The notes under the pieces were generated by a model, which was given only the letters and a program-made list of their open reading frames with translations, made no database searches and was not told where the DNA came from. A program made the position numbers and the translations under genes. From a virus, in the IMG/VR virus record IMGVR_UViG_3300046167_000032, positions 16,375 through 80,374 of that record: a DNA stretch of 64,000 nucleotides; one strand, 5' to 3'. Positions 57,560 through 64,000 of the stretch are shown piece by piece. Every line of letters begins with the position of its first letter. The first letter of the stretch is position 1.

Positions 57560-59140
57560 TTAATATCCAAACGTGGAATCTGCTACATTCATACCACCTG
57601 ATGGTCGCCCATTTGGATCATAATCAAATATGCTAAACCGTGGTCTTGACATGATACCATAACGTAATGCATCGTACAAGTGATCTTCTGAGGTAGTATC
57701 TATATCTTCTGGGTTTCTTTTGTCTATGGGTAACGCAGGTAATTGAGCTACCATGTTAGTACATGTATCAAAGAATACTAAGCGTGGTTCTTCGGTATAT
57801 TCATCTACCTGTAACCTTCTATGTATCTCATTCTTACCTGCTACACGTGAACCTTTTGATCTATCTGATGGTCGCCATCTGCAACCTCTTTGAACCATTT
57901 GTTCTGCTAGAGAAGGTCCTGTATCACCACGCTTGTGCCATAGTGAGCTATCAAGTACTCCATACTTAATATTACCATCTCCAGCTTCTAAGTCAAGTAC
58001 TTGATCAGCTAAATCTGCAGCTAATACTTTACTTACATATAACTCACGATACACTATTAGTTGTTCACTAGGTGATACCGCAAACCATACTACACCAGAT
58101 TTACTACCATATCCATAATCACACGCTCTAAACTTAACCCAGTTACTTGGTATATCGAAGGGTTCAATTACGTGTTTAGTTCTATCGAACTCAGTAAACG
58201 CTGCACCTTCTTTGATATCCCAATCACCTTCTAGTAATTGTCTTCTTTGCTGTTCTGGTAGTGATAGAAGCATTGCTTCGTAATCACCTTGTTCAGCTAA
58301 GTATGGATTATCAGATAATCTTGCAGGTATAAATTTACGTTTGAATAAAGCTTTACCAGCTTTCTCGTGACCTGCAGGGTATCTTAATACTTCAGTTGTT
58401 TCAATATCAGTAGCATCAAATGATTTATTATGAGGTGCTGGATCAATAAACATCTTCTTAACCCAATGATGGCCTCTACCACCGGGGTTAGTTGTAGCCC
58501 TCATATATACAGGTAAATCACTTGCAGTAGATCGTAAACGTGAGCGCATGTAGTTCCAAGCAAATGGTGTAGGCCACTGTGTAAGTTCGTCAAAGCCTAT
58601 CCAACTAAATGCTAAACCTTGGTATCTTAATACATCATCCTCTTTATCTAGGTATGACATCCACAGTCTTGCACCTGATGGTGCTGTCCATTGCATCTTA
58701 CGTTCTGACCACTTAATACCCGGCCATATTTTAGGATACATTTCTTGAGACTTAAATATAAGTTCTCTTAGTTCTTCTGTCGTATGTCTTAATAGCAATC
58801 CTGAGAATGATGGGTGTCCCATAAAACGTAATGGATCAGCTAACATAGCATATGATTTGCCACCACCAGCACTGCCACCATATAGTACTTCACGTTCACC
58901 TGCGGCAAGGAAGTCAGTCTGTGGTCCAGCATTAGGTTTAAATATTACATTATGCTGTTCTTCAACTTTAGCTAAATCATGATCAACTAAAACTTTAGGC
59001 GGCTCTGGTTTCTTCTGTGTCTTCTTTTTCTTTTGCACCGAGTCTTGTGCGCTCGATTTCTTCCGCTTTGGCGATTGCCTTTTTCGCATAGTCTGCCCAT
59101 CTGCGAAGGCTTCCAGCTTTGTTTTTTCTTTGTCGCTCAT
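57560..59140 (-). CDS. terL: Terminase large subunit (copy 2)
   Basis: Same protein as 2470..4050. Confidence 0.95.
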   Translation of the reverse strand: MSDKEKTKLEAFADGQTMRKRQSPKRKKSSAQDSVQKKKKTQKKPEPPKVLVDHDLAKVEEQHNVIFKPNAGPQTDFLAAGEREVLYGGSAGGGKSYAMLADPLRFMGHPSFSGLLLRHTTEELRELIFKSQEMYPKIWPGIKWSERKMQWTAPSGARLWMSYLDKEDDVLRYQGLAFSWIGFDELTQWPTPFAWNYMRSRLRSTASDLPVYMRATTNPGGRGHHWVKKMFIDPAPHNKSFDATDIETTEVLRYPAGHEKAGKALFKRKFIPARLSDNPYLAEQGDYEAMLLSLPEQQRRQLLEGDWDIKEGAAFTEFDRTKHVIEPFDIPSNWVKFRACDYGYGSKSGVVWFAVSPSEQLIVYRELYVSKVLAADLADQVLDLEAGDGNIKYGVLDSSLWHKRGDTGPSLAEQMVQRGCRWRPSDRSKGSRVAGKNEIHRRLQVDEYTEEPRLVFFDTCTNMVAQLPALPIDKRNPEDIDTTSEDHLYDALRYGIMSRPRFSIFDYDPNGRPSGGMNVADSTFGY

Positions 59141-59423
59141 TATCTAACCGTTTCTTTAAACCTACATGAGAAATAGTTCTACCAGTATTTCTAGTCAACC
59201 AGTTAGCAACTTCTCGATATGAATACTGTTTTAAGTATTTCTGTGCTTGCTCAAGCATATCAAGTTCTGCACTAATTGGCAAGAGTATTCCTTTATCTTT
59301 TGGGTCTAATTCATAGCCAAAGGGAATCGTTCTTGCTACACGTGGGATTGCTACCCATCTACTATTTTCTTTAAGGTCTGTCGGTTGTGGTAATTTCCAT
59401 TTACCTAATGGTTTAGTCATCAT
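58995..59423 (-). CDS. HTH protein (copy 2)
   Basis: Same as 3905..4333. Confidence 0.6.
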   Translation of the reverse strand: MMTKPLGKWKLPQPTDLKENSRWVAIPRVARTIPFGYELDPKDKGILLPISAELDMLEQAQKYLKQYSYREVANWLTRNTGRTISHVGLKKRLDNERQRKNKAGSLRRWADYAKKAIAKAEEIERTRLGAKEKEDTEETRAA

Positions 59424-59787
59424 CTTCCTGTGCTTTTTTAGCTGGCATCAACATGACACCACCCTTAGCTTCTACTTGCATCTTCTCAGTTTTAACTAAG
59501 CCAGTACGATCAAGTAGTTCTTTTGCTGCAGTCATCTTATCACGTATACCTAACTCAGTAGGATCGTATAGTGCACCTACCATAGCCATAGCCGCTTTAG
59601 GTACATTACGTGCTAAGTAGCTGTGAGTAACATCAATGATTTCTTCTTTGAGGCTATTCGTTATTTCTGTGTTAGAAGTATTAGCTGAATAACCTGCAAT
59701 GATCTTAGCACTGGTAATATCTCCACCAGCTTCATCCATAAGGACTGCTAAGAACTTCTTTTGTCTATCTGTTAGCTCACGTGCCAT
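59413..59787 (-). CDS. terS: Terminase small subunit (copy 2)
   Basis: Same as 4323..4697. Confidence 0.75.
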   Translation of the reverse strand: MARELTDRQKKFLAVLMDEAGGDITSAKIIAGYSANTSNTEITNSLKEEIIDVTHSYLARNVPKAAMAMVGALYDPTELGIRDKMTAAKELLDRTGLVKTEKMQVEAKGGVMLMPAKKAQEDDD

Positions 59788-59791
59788 ATTA

Positions 59792-60304
59792 TTATTCCAC
59801 CATGTGTAATGCTTGTTCAAGCGTTTCTTTGTTACGCCTAGACCAACCACGTCCAAATGTTTTGTACGTATCTAATCCTTCATAGAACCCTTGTCTTACT
59901 GTATATACATAATCAATAATATACTTAGGGTCTTTCTCCATAACAAGTTGTAGTGTCTTAGGACCAATAGCACCATCTGCTGTAGCACCTACTGCACGTT
60001 GTATAGCTTTAGCAGGTCTACCACTACCACTATTAACAGCCCAATCGAATGCACACCAATCTACCCCCGATGGAAGTTGATCACCTTTGACTCTATCCCA
60101 ATAGTTCTGTTTATATATTGGGGCTACATCTTCTGGTGTTAAATCACGCATCTCTTCTTCTGTAGACTCACGACCAATCCATTCATCATACACACGTTTA
60201 GTTACACCAAGATTAGTCATGCCACCGGGATCACTAGGATGATTGACGTAACCACCCTCGTGTTCCAGTAGCATTTCTAAACATTCATTGAAGTTACTCT
60301 TCAT
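59792..60304 (-). CDS. GH108 endolysin (copy 2)
   Basis: Same as 4702..5214. Confidence 0.92.
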   Translation of the reverse strand: MKSNFNECLEMLLEHEGGYVNHPSDPGGMTNLGVTKRVYDEWIGRESTEEEMRDLTPEDVAPIYKQNYWDRVKGDQLPSGVDWCAFDWAVNSGSGRPAKAIQRAVGATADGAIGPKTLQLVMEKDPKYIIDYVYTVRQGFYEGLDTYKTFGRGWSRRNKETLEQALHMVE

Positions 60305-60504
60305 TATTTTTTCTTTTTCTTTTTAGTCATATAACCACCTTTAGCGGCCATAACTGTCTTCTTCTTACCAGCAGCAGGTGTTTTCTTTTTAGCAGGTGCT
60401 TTTTTCATATTCTGTGTTAGAAGCTCTCTAATAGGTATACCTAATTTGTCTGCTTCTTTTTTCATAGCTTTTAACCATGCAGGTTCTGTAGTAGTTTTGC
60501 TCAT
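60304..60504 (-). CDS. Lys-rich 66-aa protein present only in copy 2 (start MSKTTT)
   Basis: Between holin and endolysin; ends MAAKGGYMTKKKKKK; TAATG coupling. Confidence 0.8.
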   Translation of the reverse strand: MSKTTTEPAWLKAMKKEADKLGIPIRELLTQNMKKAPAKKKTPAAGKKKTVMAAKGGYMTKKKKKK

Positions 60505-60508
60505 AATC

Positions 60509-60865
60509 TTATTTCTTTCCAAAAAATTTACTTACGCCACGCATACCAATGCTGGCACTCACGATTCCACCTAATGAGTACTGATACCAATCAGGCATAA
60601 TTTCCAAGGCTTCAAACCCTGCATGTACTATATCATTACCCCATTGCCCACAAAAGGCTAGGATTAATGGTATAGAAAATAGAAGAGTAATCCACTCATC
60701 TTTCCAGCTATTCTGCGTAGCTTTCATTGCTTCGATATCCCAGTCTATTTCACCTGTGGCTATCTTCATTTTTGTTTCAGCTTCTGCTTTCTTTACAGCA
60801 GTCTTGCCTTCAATCATAGTACCAGCAAGATTAGCAACTTGACCTATTAAGTTTAGTCCTAACAT
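60509..60865 (-). CDS. Holin-like protein (copy 2, divergent allele)
   Basis: Several aa differences from 5217..5576. Confidence 0.7.
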   Translation of the reverse strand: MLGLNLIGQVANLAGTMIEGKTAVKKAEAETKMKIATGEIDWDIEAMKATQNSWKDEWITLLFSIPLILAFCGQWGNDIVHAGFEALEIMPDWYQYSLGGIVSASIGMRGVSKFFGKK

Positions 60866-61194
60866 TATCCGTTGTTACCTTTCACTTCTTTCTTGCTCAT
60901 GTTAGTTACTCCAAAGAATACACCAACTATACCAGCTACAGATAAGAAATATATAGAAGCCATAGAGCCAATGATGTCAGCTGCTTGATCAGCACCTACA
61001 ATACTACATAATAATACTAGGAATGGATATGCAAGCATACCAACTAAGCAGAACCATGCCATACGTCTTTGTGCATCTCTCTGAGCATCTTCATCATCGA
61101 GTCTACGTCTACGATCTTCTAACGCTAAAGCATCCCACTCAGTCTTGTCTATAGAGCCATTGTTGTCTACATCTACTTCTTCAAAACTAGTCAT
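60865..61194 (-). CDS. EF-hand two-TM protein (copy 2)
   Basis: One aa difference from 5576..5905. Confidence 0.7.
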   Translation of the reverse strand: MTSFEEVDVDNNGSIDKTEWDALALEDRRRRLDDEDAQRDAQRRMAWFCLVGMLAYPFLVLLCSIVGADQAADIIGSMASIYFLSVAGIVGVFFGVTNMSKKEVKGNNG

Positions 61195-61196
61195 TC

Positions 61197-61454
61197 TTAG
61201 ACTTTCCTATACCTTTTAGAAGTTTTAGCAGCGCCTTTAGGCTGTTTAGAAAACTGTTTACCAGCTTTAGTATCTTTACGCTTTTTTGCAGTAGTAGCTG
61301 CGTACTGCGAACTAGACATCGCTTTAAGAGCTGCAGCAGGTAAATAACGTTCCCCTGTAGCTTTACTACCTTGAGTCGAAGGTTTTCCACTTTTAGTCCC
61401 CCACTTTTGACGAGTCCATTTATTAAGACTCTTTTGTGATTTGGAAAGGGCCAT
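61197..61454 (-). CDS. Small basic protein (copy 2)
   Basis: Same as 5908..6165. Confidence 0.75.
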   Translation of the reverse strand: MALSKSQKSLNKWTRQKWGTKSGKPSTQGSKATGERYLPAAALKAMSSSQYAATTAKKRKDTKAGKQFSKQPKGAAKTSKRYRKV

Positions 61455-61639
61455 TATTTATAGCCCCCACCTGCAGCTTTGTAGGCTTTAGCGAGCATCT
61501 GTGCTTTACGTGCGGACCATTGATTGGCCTTGCCCCCCTTAGTTCCCCGTTTAATACGTTCAAACAAACGCTTCCGCATAGTAGGCTTAGTATAATTTCC
61601 TGCCTCATTTACCTTTGACTTTGCTTTCGATTTCGCCAC
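61454..61639 (-). CDS. Small basic protein (copy 2)
   Basis: Same as 6165..6350. Confidence 0.75.
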   Translation of the reverse strand: MAKSKAKSKVNEAGNYTKPTMRKRLFERIKRGTKGGKANQWSARKAQMLAKAYKAAGGGYK

Positions 61640-61748
61640 GAGTAATACCTATATCTCTTAAATCTTTATCAGACATATTATTTAGTAACCATAAGTCGGC
61701 ACTTGCTTGTCTGCTACGCTCTATGCGCTTAAATAATCTTTTAAACAT
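61605..61748 (-). CDS. DUF1127 small protein (copy 2)
   Basis: Two synonymous changes relative to 6316..6459, supporting coding status. Confidence 0.85.
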   Translation of the reverse strand: MFKRLFKRIERSRQASADLWLLNNMSDKDLRDIGITRGEIESKVKGK

Positions 61749-61846
61749 TTTAACTATCTCCGTTATGTTAGTAAGGCTTGTTTACCTTACAGAGATAGTT
61801 ATACCATACTTAGTTATATCATAATACAGATAATAATGCAACCCCG

Positions 61847-62218
61847 TTATGCATTCCTAGCAGGGTCATAGTATTCTTCTAATGAAACCATTACATCAAT
61901 TGTGTTAGTAGTCTCACCATATGCTACTAGCTTATCACCAGCGTGCAGGTTAAAGTAACCACCATTAACTAAGTTATCTACAGAGTGACCTGCCATACTT
62001 AATCCATTAGCTATATAATGATATGCATTATCTTCTTTGTGATAAAATTGTACGTATACCTTTTTAGTTGAGTTACTATTATTACTCAAGTGTAGGTATC
62101 GTACTATAGCACTGAAGTTATTAGGGCATGTGTACAACACAGTAGCACTTGCATCTGCAGCAGTAGCGGATACAAGATAACCTTGTGTGTGAAACTTGGC
62201 GTTGTTTAAATTAGCCAT
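61847..62218 (-). CDS. Hypothetical protein (copy 2)
   Basis: One aa difference from 6558..6929. Confidence 0.7.
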   Translation of the reverse strand: MANLNNAKFHTQGYLVSATAADASATVLYTCPNNFSAIVRYLHLSNNSNSTKKVYVQFYHKEDNAYHYIANGLSMAGHSVDNLVNGGYFNLHAGDKLVAYGETTNTIDVMVSLEEYYDPARNA

Positions 62219-62310
62219 TACTTACCTGCGTCTTGACACTTACCTGTGGCAGAACAGTTAGCTGGTGTAGTACAGCCCTTACATGTTTTAAATTTACCTG
62301 TAGAATACAT
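62218..62310 (-). CDS. 30-aa four-Cys microprotein (copy 2)
   Basis: Identical to 6929..7021. Confidence 0.75.
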   Translation of the reverse strand: MYSTGKFKTCKGCTTPANCSATGKCQDAGK

Positions 62311-62325
62311 TTATATTTTTTCCTA

Positions 62326-62619
62326 TTACCATTTAACTTTGTGTGACCAGTACTTAGCACTTAGCTTACTAGTCGGTTTACCTTGAGCATTATGTCTAGC
62401 ATAGTAACTCTTCTTACGAGCTTTATCTTTAGCTGATGTAGGATTCTTACCTGCACCACGTACACCCTGTTGTCCAAAGCGAATAAACTTATACGTGTCC
62501 CCTTCTTTAGCCATCACACAGTGAGACTTCTTAGGGTGACTAGGTGTCCTCTTAGGCTTGTTTACACCCTTGAGTCCTTCCTCTTTCATTTTATTCTTGA
62601 CTCGCTCAGGTATTGCCAT
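62326..62619 (-). CDS. Small basic protein (copy 2)
   Basis: Same as 7036..7329. Confidence 0.8.
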   Translation of the reverse strand: MAIPERVKNKMKEEGLKGVNKPKRTPSHPKKSHCVMAKEGDTYKFIRFGQQGVRGAGKNPTSAKDKARKKSYYARHNAQGKPTSKLSAKYWSHKVKW

Positions 62620-62818
62620 CTGTCCAACCTTCTTTTTTCATTGCCCACTCTACGTGTTCTAAAGTAAACTTACGACCATAGTAGGCTTCCACTGCAGTTC
62701 TTACATAGAATACATCACTGTGAGGGATATGTAAGTTCTTTAAATTACCATCAAGTAAATGATCGTAGAATTGTTTAAGAACATCGTCTGTATATAGTTT
62801 TACTGATTTCTTTGCCAT
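62606..62818 (-). CDS. Hypothetical protein (copy 2)
   Basis: Same as 7316..7528. Confidence 0.7.
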   Translation of the reverse strand: MAKKSVKLYTDDVLKQFYDHLLDGNLKNLHIPHSDVFYVRTAVEAYYGRKFTLEHVEWAMKKEGWTDGNT

Positions 62819-63658
62819 TGTCAATACTTAATTGTACAAAGTCCTCGCCTAAGAAGGCGATTTCTATGTACGTAGTTACTTTATGCTATTATATATCACT
62901 GTACGTATACACTTACATGTTAATATATTAGTAAGTATATATCATAGTACATGTATACTGTACGTGTATCACTTATAGTGACCCTACCCGGAATATACTA
63001 TATACATAGTTTTACACACTATACCCCCCATGTCAATACCTAATCGTACATTGGTAACATAAAGTGATAATATTGTAATATATTGTAACATACTGTGATC
63101 CTACACGTATACATAACACCATATCTGTACAGTGGTTAACACTCTCATATTCCTGATCTGTGTAATTGTACATGCATACTAACGTACACCCCCCGTATGC
63201 CCCCTGCCCACCCTAGCTTGAGGTCGTTTGCGTGCGCCCACAGGCACATGTACACGCATGGTGAGAGCATAATGCATAGGCACATACACCACACACGAGG
63301 AATATTCCACAATAACAATCACTTATAGTGATATGACAACTGTTATACAATCAGTTGCCTTCACATATGGTGCAAGCATAGGCATGCTACGAGCAAGTGA
63401 CGTGTGTTGCACAGTTGATGCACATATACACACCCCTCCATACGTGTGGACACATCACATGCTACACACGAGGCTTCAAACTGATTCGTTTTGCCCTCCA
63501 AAAAGTGATTCGTTTTTACCCTAACAAGTCCCACATTGGACTTAATTTGCTCCATATACTACTACGTAGTAAAATAGGTGTTGACACCATCGGATTTATC
63601 TGATCTAACTGATTGCATCGAAACGGCGAACTTGCCAAACTCAAAAAGGAAAAATCTT

Positions 63659-64000
63659 ATGACAAATACAAACACAGCTAACACCGACACAAACACAGCA
63701 GTACTTGCTACACTTGAGACTACAAGGTGCTGACATAGCTCGACAATGGAAAGCTATCACCAAAGGTGACAAAGCACGCTTCACTCAGCATACACAAGCC
63801 AATGGCTTCGACATGCAGTTAGGCAAGCTTATGGTTGCTCTTACAGAGGAATGTGAAGGTCGTATCAAGTCAACTAGACTTGCTGATTGTGGCATCAACA
63901 TAGTTGACAAGAGAAGACGTAGCGAAGCTAAATGGTTCGTTGAAAACGAAGTTGAATGTCGTGAGTTTATTGCTAAAAGCAAGAAAGGTTTCACATCACT
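63659..64000 (+). CDS. First early protein (copy 2, partial, apparent +1 insertion at ~63719)
   Basis: Homologous to 8445 onward; GAGACTA versus GAGCTA in copy 1. Confidence 0.75.

Larger units (their letters stand above)
55091..64000. repeat. Second copy of redundant region (haplotype B)
   Basis: Homologous to 1-8785. Confidence 0.98.

Noticed and set aside
1-64000. tRNA genes, a tRNA-like attP, or host DNA
   Set aside because: None recognised by eye; a short att core could be missed without tRNAscan-SE or host alignment.

Overview
The window holds about 1.16 copies of a ~55.1-55.3 kb AT-rich podovirus genome. It is best placed among HMO-2011-type phages of marine Alphaproteobacteria (SAR116/Roseobacter): family A DNA polymerase with an inserted DnaJ-type CxxCxGxG zinc finger, tyrosine integrase upstream of primase/helicase, NrdJ, ThyX and MazG, and no phage RNA polymerase. 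Early and replication genes lie on + (8.4-27.7 kb). Packaging, lysis and virion genes lie on - (27.7-62.8 kb, repeated at 0-7.5 kb). Bases 1-8785 recur at 55091-64000 as a non-identical haplotype: mostly synonymous SNPs, one extra gene and a diverged non-coding region. Two candidate novel systems stand out. (1) A tightly coupled seven-gene late module at 35.7-39.1 kb whose products carry Sec signal peptides or TM anchors, including pilin-like, PapD-chaperone-like and possible outer-membrane beta-hairpin proteins but no usher. (2) Seven copies of a 16-bp palindrome, AGTCCAAYGTTGGACT, confined to the early region; five sit 21-23 nt upstream of a start codon, alongside a duplicated promoter cassette and tandem GcrA-type TGATTCG sites. 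Also found: a DUF1127 gene with an SD-sequestering leader, a 30-aa four-Cys microprotein, a G-quadruplex motif in the likely terminus region, and a pseudoknotted capsid leader. All assignments come from motif reading; no searches were run.
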